This document shows, one piece after another, positions 1 through 8,380 of a DNA stretch of 64,000 nt. The first letter of the stretch is position 1; every line of letters begins with the position of its first letter. Below the pieces are notes generated by a model. It saw only the letters and a list, made by a program, of their open reading frames with translations. It had not been told where the DNA came from and ran no database searches. The DNA comes from Candidatus Dormiibacterota bacterium. Lineage in GTDB: Bacteria; Chloroflexota; Dormibacteria; Aeolococcales; Aeolococcaceae. Both the position numbers and the translations under genes were made by a program. The stretch covers positions 85,822 through 149,821 of the forward strand of contig CAWBLV010000001.1 of the NCBI GenBank assembly GCA_963789735.1, in the 5' to 3' direction.

Positions 1-51
1 TCCGAGACCCATCGCGGACACTTCGAGCGATCCGAGCTTGCGTCGTTTCAT
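1..51 (-). CDS. aldo/keto reductase family protein; only the N-terminal 17 codons are present because the gene runs off the left edge
   Basis: A reverse-strand ATG at 51-49 reads MKRRKLGSLEVSAMGLG, which resembles the usual AKR N-terminus (LG...VS..GLG). The fragment is too short to say more. Confidence 0.4.
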   Translation of the reverse strand, partial: MKRRKLGSLEVSAMGLG

Positions 52-158
52 CGCCATGCCACTCGCACGTCGCGAGTCTACAGACGGGTGGCGAATCAAC
101 CGATCGCCCGCGTTTCGGCGCCGGGCGACTGCGCGCATGCGCCGGTAATTGGCTGCCT

Positions 159-189
159 GAGTGCGCCGGTGGGCGACAATGGCGCACTC
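159..189. repeat. perfect 9-bp inverted repeat (GAGTGCGCC-N13-GGCGCACTC) lying 10 nt upstream of tRNA-Cys
   Basis: Read directly from the sequence. Its function is unknown; it could be a hairpin in the tRNA leader or an operator. Confidence 0.5.
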
Positions 190-198
190 CGGGTATGG

Positions 199-272
199 GG
201 CGACGTAGCCAAGTGGTAAGGCACGGGTCTGCAAAACCCTGATCGTGGGTTCGATTCCCACCGTCGCCTCCA
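199..272 (+). tRNA. tRNA-Cys (anticodon GCA), with encoded CCA
   Basis: The acceptor stem GGCGACG/CGTCGCC has 7 bp. The anticodon loop is CT-GCA-AA. The T arm is GTGGG-TTCGATT-CCCAC. The gene is 74 nt and ends in CCA. Confidence 0.9.
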
Positions 273-293
273 AATGCCGGGTATCCTCACGAC

Positions 294-1526
294 GTGTCTG
301 TGACCGAGGACGTGCACACGCGCGCTGACGCCGAATTGGGGGAACGCGCGCGCCGGGTGCTCCCGGGCGGCTCCACGCACCGCTCGCGCACATACGAGCC
401 TCGGATTTACGTCGCGCGCTCGAGCGGCTCCAGGAAGTGGCTGATCGACGGCACCGAGTTGATCGACTACACGATGGGTCACGGCGCGCTGCTGCTCGGC
501 CACGCGCATCCCGCCGTCGTCGAGGCGCTCCGGGAGCAGGTGGGCAATGGCACCCACTATGGCGCCGCTCACCCGCTCGAGGTCGAGTGGGCCGAGCTGA
601 TCACGTCGCTCATCCCCTCTGCGGAGAAGGTGCGATTCACAGCCTCAGGCACCGAGGCGGTGATGCTCGCGCTGCGCGTCGCCCGGGCCGCGACCGGTCG
701 CGACCGCGTCGTCAAGCTCCAGGATCACTTCCACGGCTGGTCCGATGTCGTGAGCCCGTATCTCGACGAGAACGGAGCGACTCAAACACCGATCGGCGTC
801 CCGGAAGCGCTCGGCGAACTCACCCACGTCGTCCCGACCGGCGATCCCGCAGCACTCCTCGCGGAACTTGCTGCGGGCGACGTTGCTGCCGTGATCATGG
901 AGGCGTCCGGCGCGCACTACGGGCAGATCCCACTCGACCCGGCGTTCATCGCCGCTGCTCGCGCGGCGTGCACGGCGACCGGAGCCATCCTGATCTTCGA
1001 TGAGGTGGTCACCGGTTTCCGCGTCGGCCCTGGTGGCATGCAGGAAATGCTCGGGATCATCCCGGACATGAGCGTGCTCGGCAAGGTGATGGCCGGCGGG
1101 CTCCCTTCAGGGGCAGTTGCGGGCCGCGCCGATCTGCTCGAACTGCTCGCAACGACCATTGCCCATGCGGGGACGTTCAACGCCAATCCGCTCAGCGCGG
1201 TCGCGGGGATCACGACGCTCCGGCTCGTTGCCGACGGGATTCCGCAGCGCACGGCCGAGGACTACGCGATCCGCCTCGCAGCCGCGTGGACCGCGGCGCT
1301 GGCGGATGCCGGCATCCCTGGCGCCATCCGCCGGCTCACCAGCATCCTGCACATCTTTCTCGACGATCCGCGCGCACACTCGAGGCTCGCCAATGCGATG
1401 CGAGCCGAGGGCGTCGACATCCTCAACACGAGCGCCTTCTGCTCGGCGGTGCACACGCAGGCCGATCTCGAGCAGTCGGCCGAGGCCTTCGCTCGAGCGA
1501 TCCGGGTCGCGGCCGCCCCGGAGTAG
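294..1526 (+). CDS. class III (PLP) aminotransferase, glutamate-1-semialdehyde 2,1-aminomutase-like
   Basis: The start is GTG. Motifs seen are LPGGSTH, IDYTMGHGALLLGHAHP, SGTEAVMLALRVARAATGR and the PLP-lysine context LGKVMAGGLP. Confidence 0.8.
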   Translation: MSVTEDVHTRADAELGERARRVLPGGSTHRSRTYEPRIYVARSSGSRKWLIDGTELIDYTMGHGALLLGHAHPAVVEALREQVGNGTHYGAAHPLEVEWAELITSLIPSAEKVRFTASGTEAVMLALRVARAATGRDRVVKLQDHFHGWSDVVSPYLDENGATQTPIGVPEALGELTHVVPTGDPAALLAELAAGDVAAVIMEASGAHYGQIPLDPAFIAAARAACTATGAILIFDEVVTGFRVGPGGMQEMLGIIPDMSVLGKVMAGGLPSGAVAGRADLLELLATTIAHAGTFNANPLSAVAGITTLRLVADGIPQRTAEDYAIRLAAAWTAALADAGIPGAIRRLTSILHIFLDDPRAHSRLANAMRAEGVDILNTSAFCSAVHTQADLEQSAEAFARAIRVAAAPE

Positions 1527-1547
1527 CGCCTGGCGGGTCGGCGGACC

Positions 1548-2189
1548 CTAGATGATCCCGTGGCGCTGCGCCCAGAGCGCAGCCTGGACGCGATCCTCGA
1601 CGCCGAGCCGGTCGAACACAGAGCCGAGATGCGCCTTCACTGTCTTCTCGCTGATGCCGAGGCGCCACGCGATCTGCTTGTTGCTCATCCCCCGCCCCAC
1701 GAGCGTGAGAACGTCGAGTTCGCGCTGCGTGAGGTCATCGAGGGGCCGGCGCTTGACGCGGTCGCGCAGCAGCTCCTTCGCCGCCTTCGGCGAAAGCGGC
1801 GTGTCCCCCTTCGCGGCCGATCGAATGCCGTTCAGGAGCTCCTGGGGCTCGGTGTCCTTGAGGAGAAAGCCCACGGCGCCGTTGTCGATCGCCTCGACCA
1901 CCATGTCGTGCTCCGAGTACGACGTGAGCATTACGACCTTCGTGCCGGCCACGGCCTTGAGCATCCGTCGCAACGCCTCGAAGCCGTTCATGCCCGGCAT
2001 CGAGATGTCCATGAGCACGATGTCGGGATGTTCCTCGACGGCGTAGGCGACCGCTTCCTCGCCGTCCGATGCGGCGCCGACAACTCGAATGTCGGTGGTC
2101 CCGTTCAGGAGGGAGGTCAGCCCTCGCCTCACCAACGGGTGGTCATCGACAATGAGCACTCGAATGGGAGTGGGATGCGTAACTTCCAC
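1548..2189 (-). CDS. two-component response regulator, NarL/LuxR family; no adjacent histidine kinase
   Basis: The receiver domain shows IRVLIVDDHPLVR and VLMDISMPGMNG. The C-terminal LuxR HTH shows LTQRELDVLTLVGRGMSNKQIA. Confidence 0.85.
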   Translation of the reverse strand: MEVTHPTPIRVLIVDDHPLVRRGLTSLLNGTTDIRVVGAASDGEEAVAYAVEEHPDIVLMDISMPGMNGFEALRRMLKAVAGTKVVMLTSYSEHDMVVEAIDNGAVGFLLKDTEPQELLNGIRSAAKGDTPLSPKAAKELLRDRVKRRPLDDLTQRELDVLTLVGRGMSNKQIAWRLGISEKTVKAHLGSVFDRLGVEDRVQAALWAQRHGII

Positions 2190-2427
2190 AGTCAGAGGTC
2201 AGCCTAACCGATATCTCTCAGTCTGGAGAGAGAAGTCGGCGGTGGCACCGACCCAGCAGAACCGCGATACACCCGGTGCCGCGGGGAGGGGGAGCCCGCG
2301 AGGGTAAACCACTGAACTGGGTCGGCGCCCGCCCGCCTATCAGGGGGACTTGCGTTTCGAAAGAAGGAATTCCCGTCGGGAACGATAGTCAGCCCGGGGC
2401 TGTCCGGACGCCGCTAGGCCGATCGTC

Positions 2428-3795
2428 TTAAGACCCGGATTCGCGGTCGGAAAGCCCTTTCTGAATTGCAGCGAGGCGTTCCGAGATCGCGCGCTCGGCG
2501 CCGTGGTCCGAGGGGTCGTAGTACCGATGGCCGGCGAGCAACTCCGGGAGATGCGCCTGCTTGACCACTCCTCCCTCATGGTCGTGCGCGTATCGGTAGC
2601 CGCTCCCATAGCCCATGGATCGGCCGAGCCCGGTCACCGCGTTGCGCAGATGGAGTGGCACCGGCTGGTGGAGCGTCTCGGCCACGTCGGCGGCTGCCGC
2701 GACGTAGGCGCGGAGCACGCTGTTGCTCTTGGGGGCCGCGGCCAGGTAGAGCGTGGCCTCGCTGAGCGGCAGGTAGCCCTCGGGCATACCGATGAAGTGC
2801 GCTGCCTGCTGCGCCGCCACGGCGATCCCGAGCGCCTGCGGATCCGCGAGGCCGATGTCCTCCGCCGCGAGGATGACGAGCCTCCGAGCGACGAAGAGTG
2901 GATCCTCCCCCGCCTCGAGCATGCGCGCGAGCCAGTAGACCGCGGCGTCTGGGTCGCTGCCGCGCACGGACTTGATGAAGGCGGAGATCAACCAGTAGTG
3001 CTGATCGCCGGCACGGTCGTAGAGCAACGCCGGATTCTGGAGCGCACCCTCGATGTCGGCCACCGTCACGCGCACCGCTCCCGAAGCATCTGGCACCGCT
3101 GCCTGGACGGCGAGCTCCAGCGAATTCAGCGCGATCCGGGCATCGCCGCCAGAGAGTGAGACAAGGCGATCGATTGCCTCGGGCTCGACTGCGACGTGCT
3201 GGCCGCCAAGCCCCCGTTCCGGATCCACAAGGGCTCGCTCGAGGAGGCGGCGAAGGTCGCCGGCTTCAAGGGCTTCCAGCCGGATGACCCGGCTGCGCGA
3301 GAGCAGCGCCGCGTTGACCTCGAATGACGGGTTCTCGGTGGTCGCGCCGAGCAGGGTCACCGTCGCGTTCTCCACGTGGGGCAGGACCGCGTCCTGCTGC
3401 CCCTTGTTGAAGCGATGGATTTCGTCGATGAAGAGCACGGTTCTCCGCCCCGTGCGGAGCCGTTCCTGCGCTCGTTCGACGACCTTGCGCAAATCCGCCA
3501 CGCCGGCGCTCGTCGCGCTCACCGCCTCAAAGGTGGCGTTGGTCGCCCCAGCGATCAGCGCGGCGAGTGTCGTCTTACCGCTCCCCGGCGGGCCCCAGAG
3601 GATGAGCGACGGCACCTCGCCCGCATCGACCGCCCGGCGGAGCACGGTCCCGACGCCGATCGCCCGATGCTGGCCGACGAATTCCTCGAACGTCCGCGGG
3701 CGCATGCGTGTCGCAAGCGGGGCGTGACGTCCCGCGTCCACGGCTTGGGCTGAGGTGACCGGGTCTGCGCCGAAGAGCGAACTCTGCCCGGCCAC
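2428..3795 (-). CDS. rarA: replication-associated recombination protein A (AAA ATPase)
   Basis: Walker A is WGPPGSGKTTLA and Walker B is LFIDEIHRFNK. The C-terminal MgsA region shows YLARMLEAGEDP and a YRYAHD-like segment. Confidence 0.9.
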   Translation of the reverse strand: MAGQSSLFGADPVTSAQAVDAGRHAPLATRMRPRTFEEFVGQHRAIGVGTVLRRAVDAGEVPSLILWGPPGSGKTTLAALIAGATNATFEAVSATSAGVADLRKVVERAQERLRTGRRTVLFIDEIHRFNKGQQDAVLPHVENATVTLLGATTENPSFEVNAALLSRSRVIRLEALEAGDLRRLLERALVDPERGLGGQHVAVEPEAIDRLVSLSGGDARIALNSLELAVQAAVPDASGAVRVTVADIEGALQNPALLYDRAGDQHYWLISAFIKSVRGSDPDAAVYWLARMLEAGEDPLFVARRLVILAAEDIGLADPQALGIAVAAQQAAHFIGMPEGYLPLSEATLYLAAAPKSNSVLRAYVAAAADVAETLHQPVPLHLRNAVTGLGRSMGYGSGYRYAHDHEGGVVKQAHLPELLAGHRYYDPSDHGAERAISERLAAIQKGLSDRESGS

Positions 3796-3813
3796 CGGCG
3801 TGGATCCGCTCAG

Positions 3814-4779
3814 CTAGCTGCTGGAGGGTGGCACGGTGACGACCGTCGGCGGCTCGAGACCAGGCGCATCGCCCAGCACGCTGCGGAGCACTTGCGCCGC
3901 ACCGAGCAGACCGGCTGTTTCGGCGGGAACCACCAGTTTGGCGTTGGGGCTCTCGGCGAATTTCGTCAGGGTGTCGAGCTGGAGGATCGCGACCAGGGTC
4001 GGATCCGGGGACGCGGCCTTGATCGATCCGTACACGGTCGAGATCGCCTGTGCGCGACCCTCGGCTTCGAGGATCGCAGCCTGCCGGTTGCCTTCCGCGC
4101 GAAGGATCGCAGCCTGCCGCTCGCCCTCTGCCTGCTTGATCGCCGCCTGCCGGTTACCGTCGGCGATGTTGACGGCCGACTGCTGCTGACCTTCCGACTG
4201 AAGGATCCGCGCGCGCTTCTCCTGGTCCGCCTGCTTCTGCAGGGCCATCGCCTGGAGAATCTGCACCGGCGGCGAGATATCGACGATCTCGATGCGGTTG
4301 ATGCGGATGCCCCACTTGTCGGTGACCTGCTCCATCTGCTGCTGCATCGCCGCGTTGATCTGCTCGCGGGATGACAGCGCTTCGTCGAGGCTGACGTTGC
4401 CGAACGCGTTACGGAGCGTGGTGCGGGCCTGCTGGTCGATGGCGACGAGGTAGTCCGACACGTTGAACAGCGCTGCTCGCGGCTCGATGACCTGGCTGAA
4501 GATCGTCGCGTTCACCGCGACTGCGACGTTGTCGCGCGTGATCACGTCCTGCCGGTCTCCGGTGCGCGGCGTCTCGCGCATGTCCACCCGGAGCAGCTTG
4601 TCGATAAAGGGCGTGATGATCGTCAGGCCGGCCTGGGATTCCCGCCGAAATCGTCCAAAACGTGTCACCACGCCGGCGAAGCCCTGGGGCACCACGCGGA
4701 CGGCGCCGCCGATGAGGATCGCCACGACGATGAGCAGGACGATGACGATGATCGCCGTGACCAGACCGCTGTTGTCCAC
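3814..4779 (-). CDS. SPFH/band-7 (stomatin/prohibitin-like) membrane protein
   Basis: An N-terminal TM segment is followed by an SPFH core and an Ala/Gln/Glu-rich coiled-coil tail. I trimmed the start to the GTG at 4779, which follows a GGGAGG RBS and sits just after the nfeD stop. Confidence 0.85.
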   Translation of the reverse strand: MDNSGLVTAIIVIVLLIVVAILIGGAVRVVPQGFAGVVTRFGRFRRESQAGLTIITPFIDKLLRVDMRETPRTGDRQDVITRDNVAVAVNATIFSQVIEPRAALFNVSDYLVAIDQQARTTLRNAFGNVSLDEALSSREQINAAMQQQMEQVTDKWGIRINRIEIVDISPPVQILQAMALQKQADQEKRARILQSEGQQQSAVNIADGNRQAAIKQAEGERQAAILRAEGNRQAAILEAEGRAQAISTVYGSIKAASPDPTLVAILQLDTLTKFAESPNAKLVVPAETAGLLGAAQVLRSVLGDAPGLEPPTVVTVPPSSS

Positions 4780-4784
4780 TGGAT

Positions 4785-5243
4785 TCAGCCTCCCTTGGGG
4801 GGCGCGACCACAAGGGTGGTGCCGCGCACTTCGACGACGGTAACTTCCTGATGTGCCGGAACGCCACCGGGATTCGCGGTGACTGCCAGCCACTTTTCAT
4901 TGAACAGCCGGGCGTGCCCCGGGTGATTCTCGTCGCCGACAGCCTCGAGCGTCAGTGCGGGCTGACCGATGAGGTTGTCCGACGCGCCCGGCATCGCGAG
5001 CTTCGGCCCGAGGTGCCGAGCCGACATGCGAGCGAGCGTTGGGCGCACCGCCATGGTGCCGACGATGGCCACCGCCGCACCGACGACGGCCTGGACCCAG
5101 ACATCAGTGGGAAAGAGCGCGACCACCGTCGCCGCAAATGATCCCACCGCGAGGAAGAGCGAATAAAACGCCTGTGTATGAACCTCGAGGCCCAACAGGA
5201 TCAGACCGGCGAGGAGCCAGACCACCCACATCCAGGTCAACAT
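4785..5243 (-). CDS. NfeD family membrane protein
   Basis: It has hydrophobic N-terminal helices and a C-terminal OB-like NfeD segment (GHARLFNEKWLAV...VTVVEVRGTTLVV). It lies directly upstream of the SPFH gene, the classic pairing. The start is set at the ATG at 5243. Confidence 0.75.
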   Translation of the reverse strand: MLTWMWVVWLLAGLILLGLEVHTQAFYSLFLAVGSFAATVVALFPTDVWVQAVVGAAVAIVGTMAVRPTLARMSARHLGPKLAMPGASDNLIGQPALTLEAVGDENHPGHARLFNEKWLAVTANPGGVPAHQEVTVVEVRGTTLVVAPPKGG

Positions 5244-5272
5244 GGAGCGAGTGTACCCGCCGAAACGGAGGG

Positions 5273-5830
5273 CTACACAAACGGCTCGCCGGCCATCCTT
5301 CCGCCGGCGAAGCGGAGCAGGGCGAGCGAGACGAGCCCCCCGAGGGTGGCCCACGCCGCGAGACTGATCGCGACGTCACTGAAATCAGTTCCTGCCAGCT
5401 GTGCGTGAATCAGGAAGATCACGAACATCGGGTAGGTCGATCGATGTATCCACCGCCAGACCGCAGGGCGCATCCAACGCCGGAGCGCCGAGGTCGCGGC
5501 GACGAGGACCAGCAGGAGCAGACCGACCGTGCCGAGCCCGATCGCAAGCTGAGATCCTGCCCCCTCGTTGACCCTGAACGGAACAAGCAGGTCGAGCGGC
5601 GCGATGCGAGACGTCGCGTCCAGGAGCAACGAGGTCACGTGAACGGCGACGAGCGGCACCCAGAACCAGGTGAGAAACCCATGCACGGCCATCACGCCGC
5701 GGTTTCGAGCGACGGGCGCGAGGTACGCCGTTCGGATTGCCATACCGGTGAGCAGTGACGCCGCCAGCACGAAGAACGCGGCCAGCGCCGCGGCGCGCGC
5801 TGCGTACCAGAGGATCAGATCGACGTTCAC
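5273..5830 (-). CDS. ferric-reductase-like (MsrQ/YedZ-type) transmembrane domain protein
   Basis: It is polytopic, with four His residues in hydrophobic segments (AVHGF, AVHVT, WIHRS, LIHAQ), as in di-haem ferric reductase domains. It starts 1 nt after the apbE stop. Confidence 0.65.
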   Translation of the reverse strand: MNVDLILWYAARAAALAAFFVLAASLLTGMAIRTAYLAPVARNRGVMAVHGFLTWFWVPLVAVHVTSLLLDATSRIAPLDLLVPFRVNEGAGSQLAIGLGTVGLLLLVLVAATSALRRWMRPAVWRWIHRSTYPMFVIFLIHAQLAGTDFSDVAISLAAWATLGGLVSLALLRFAGGRMAGEPFV

Positions 5831-5831
5831 G

Positions 5832-6695
5832 TCACACCGCGAGCGCCGGCGGGTCGAGGACGAACGCGTGGTGTGCGGCGCCGCGTGTACGGAGCCACTC
5901 GGGAGCGGCAGCCGAACCCACCAGGCAGGCGCCTTTGGCGAGCACCTCTGCCCGAAGCGCGCTGAGGGCGACCACGGAGCCGGCGCTGATCGCGGTTTGC
6001 GCAGGTGCCCCAGTGCGGGGGTCGATCAAGTGGTGGCCGCCCGGCCAGTGACGCCCGGAGGTTCCTGAGGTCGCGATTCCTGCGTCTCGTACCAGGACGG
6101 TGGTGTCATCGCAGAGGGTCACGGACCATCCGGCACCCTCGGCGCCGACGCCCCGCGCACGCACATCGCCTCCGAGGTTGATCGCGGCGTTCTCGAAGCG
6201 CTCGCACAAGGTATCCGCGAGCCAACCCTTGCCGACCCCACCCAGGTCGACTGCGCAGCCCCCGGCTAGACGCGCCCAGCCATCACCGACTTCGAGCACG
6301 TCAGGCAAGGGCGGGAGCACCGAGTTGGGAAGGGTGCGAGCGCGGGCAACCGGATGACGGCGAAGCCTGGTGATCGACCGGTCGTACCCAGCCTTGATGA
6401 GCGCCTGCAGACAGGCCGCGTTGACCAGCCCGCCGCTGAGTTCGTACGCGTCGAGACAGGTGCGGAGCAACTCGCCGAGCAGGGCCGAAACCGGGACGCG
6501 GGCGCCTGCCGCCGCATTGAAGCGCGACAGCTCACTCCCAGGATCGAACCTCGTCAACCGCCGCTCGAATGCATACGTGTCCGCGACCAGCGAGGACACG
6601 TCGCCATCTCGCCCCCCGCACACCATGACCTCACATCGGGCGCCCCCAAACGCGGTGAACGCGTGCCGGATGCAGCGGTCGTCCATGACCGTCAT
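5832..6695 (-). CDS. apbE: FAD:protein FMN transferase (ApbE family)
   Basis: ApbE-like segments include SELSRFN, GGVGKGWLADT, ATSGTSGR and HHLIDPRTG. No N-terminal signal peptide is visible. Confidence 0.8.
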   Translation of the reverse strand: MTVMDDRCIRHAFTAFGGARCEVMVCGGRDGDVSSLVADTYAFERRLTRFDPGSELSRFNAAAGARVPVSALLGELLRTCLDAYELSGGLVNAACLQALIKAGYDRSITRLRRHPVARARTLPNSVLPPLPDVLEVGDGWARLAGGCAVDLGGVGKGWLADTLCERFENAAINLGGDVRARGVGAEGAGWSVTLCDDTTVLVRDAGIATSGTSGRHWPGGHHLIDPRTGAPAQTAISAGSVVALSALRAEVLAKGACLVGSAAAPEWLRTRGAAHHAFVLDPPALAV

Positions 6696-7132
6696 GACAC
6701 GTATGTATTGATGAGCGGCTGCGTCGACGGAGGCGCGTCGACGATCGACGGAGCGATGGTGCCGCCCTGTCGTGTCGTGTCGTCGCAGTGGCCGGTCGCG
6801 TCCGAGGCATTGCGCGCCAACGAGCGCACGTAGGCTTCGACATCGAGCCGCTGGGACGCGGTAAGCGGGGCGAGGATCAGGCGTCGCGCGGCCGCGCTCC
6901 CGGCTGCGCGCAACTGCTCCACGACCGGGAGCAACGACGGATCGATTGTTGCGCCGTCGCAGGACTGCGGGATCACCAGCGGCGACGAGGTGGGAGACGG
7001 CTCGCCCACCTGCGGGCGAAGCGGGGCGGTGGCCGGCTTTGGGTCAATTGCGACCAGAACACCGCTGGCAGCGCAGACGACCACCGCGCCGACCCCGCTC
7101 ATCACCTTGAGCGCTCGGGTGCTGAGGGTCAC
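6692..7132 (-). CDS. hypothetical secreted or membrane-anchored protein
   Basis: It has an N-terminal hydrophobic anchor, then a Pro/Ser-rich linker, and contains two Cys. It overlaps apbE by ATGA. I recognised no family. Confidence 0.5.
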   Translation of the reverse strand: MTLSTRALKVMSGVGAVVVCAASGVLVAIDPKPATAPLRPQVGEPSPTSSPLVIPQSCDGATIDPSLLPVVEQLRAAGSAAARRLILAPLTASQRLDVEAYVRSLARNASDATGHCDDTTRQGGTIAPSIVDAPPSTQPLINTYVS

Positions 7133-7134
7133 CG

Positions 7135-8370
7135 CTACAGCGTCTGAATGATCGGCAGCTCGGGGAACGATGCGCCGAGCACCGACGTCGGATCTGCCTG
7201 GAGCCAGTCGCGGATGAGCGTCTGGTAGACGCTTCGGAAGTCGACGTTGTACTGGAGGTTTCCCGAGTCGACGGTCTTTGTGAGCGATGGCTGCTCACCG
7301 AACACCCCACCCTTGACCGGTTTGCCCACCACGAAGATGGGCGCAGCGGCGCCGTGATCGGTGCCCTTGCCCCCGTTCTCCACCACCCGACGGCCGAACT
7401 CCGACCAGGTCATCAGGACCACGCGATCGGCCATGCCGTGGTTGGCGATGTCCTGCATGAAGGCGCTCACGGCGCTGTCGACGTAGGCGAGGAGCGCGTT
7501 CTGCCTGGTGTCCTCATCCTGGTGCGTGTCGAAACCGCCCAGGACGACGTGGCAGATCTTGACGCTCGGCTGCGTCACGATCATCTCGGCCGTCAGCTGG
7601 AGGGACGCGGCGAGGCTGTTCTTGCTGCCGTAGACGGTGCTTGACGGTGTGTAGCTCACCGATGGCGTGTAGCGCGTTTGCGAATCGGCGAGCGCCGCAA
7701 TGCCGTATTCGGCCGTCGTGAGTGCCTGGTCGAAGAGGACGCCATAGATGCCCGGCGTCCGCTTGTAGAGGTCGGGTGCGGCGACACGGCGGCCGGCACC
7801 GCCGTCAACGTTGTACGTCGGAATTGACTCGATGACGCTGACCGTTGCGTTCTGCGCGAGCAGCTCGGCGGGGGTGCTCGCCTGGCCCAGCGCGCACCCG
7901 GTGAGGGGATGGCCTTGGGAGTCGAACTGGCTCGCCAGCAGCTTGCCGAGCCATCCGTCGGTCTGCTCCATGGTCGGATCCGCGTGCTCCCAGATGTACA
8001 GACCTTCGAAGTGCGAGTACACGGGATTGGGATAGCCGACTCCCTGCACGAGCGCGACCTCGCCCGCGTCGAAGAGTTTCTTCATCCCTGGCATGACCGG
8101 ATTGAGGCCGACCTCCGCGTTGAGCGGCAGGACCTTGTCGTCGGCGATGCCGATTGTCGGCCTCGCCTGCGGGTACGCCGGGTCCGTGTACGGGATGACC
8201 GTGTTCAGCCCGTCGTTGCCGCCACCCAGCTGGAGAATCACCAACACGTGGTCGTTGTGGATGTCCTCGATCGTGGCCGCGAAAACGGATTGCGCGAACA
8301 CCGGCGGCACCACAATGCCCACGCCGGTTGCGGTGATACCACTCACCATGAAATCGCGTCGAGTGATCAT
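7135..8370 (-). CDS. DUF1501 domain protein (sulfatase-like fold) with a Tat signal
   Basis: The start is set at the ATG at 8370, giving MITRRDFMVSG, a twin-arginine motif. GGFDTHQDE is also present. It is paired with DUF1800 upstream. Confidence 0.85.
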   Translation of the reverse strand: MITRRDFMVSGITATGVGIVVPPVFAQSVFAATIEDIHNDHVLVILQLGGGNDGLNTVIPYTDPAYPQARPTIGIADDKVLPLNAEVGLNPVMPGMKKLFDAGEVALVQGVGYPNPVYSHFEGLYIWEHADPTMEQTDGWLGKLLASQFDSQGHPLTGCALGQASTPAELLAQNATVSVIESIPTYNVDGGAGRRVAAPDLYKRTPGIYGVLFDQALTTAEYGIAALADSQTRYTPSVSYTPSSTVYGSKNSLAASLQLTAEMIVTQPSVKICHVVLGGFDTHQDEDTRQNALLAYVDSAVSAFMQDIANHGMADRVVLMTWSEFGRRVVENGGKGTDHGAAAPIFVVGKPVKGGVFGEQPSLTKTVDSGNLQYNVDFRSVYQTLIRDWLQADPTSVLGASFPELPIIQTL

Positions 8371-8380
8371 CTCGTTCGCC

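Noticed and set aside
96-572. A 158-aa minus-strand ORF overlapping tRNA-Cys and the aminotransferase start.
   Set aside because: It overlaps a clear tRNA and a clear CDS and has no motif. It is a shadow ORF.
3814-4893. A long N-terminal extension of the SPFH ORF (MAGSHRESRWRSG...).
   Set aside because: It overlaps the end of nfeD. A GTG at 4779 with a GGGAGG RBS begins just before the TM helix and fits the usual nfeD-SPFH coupling.
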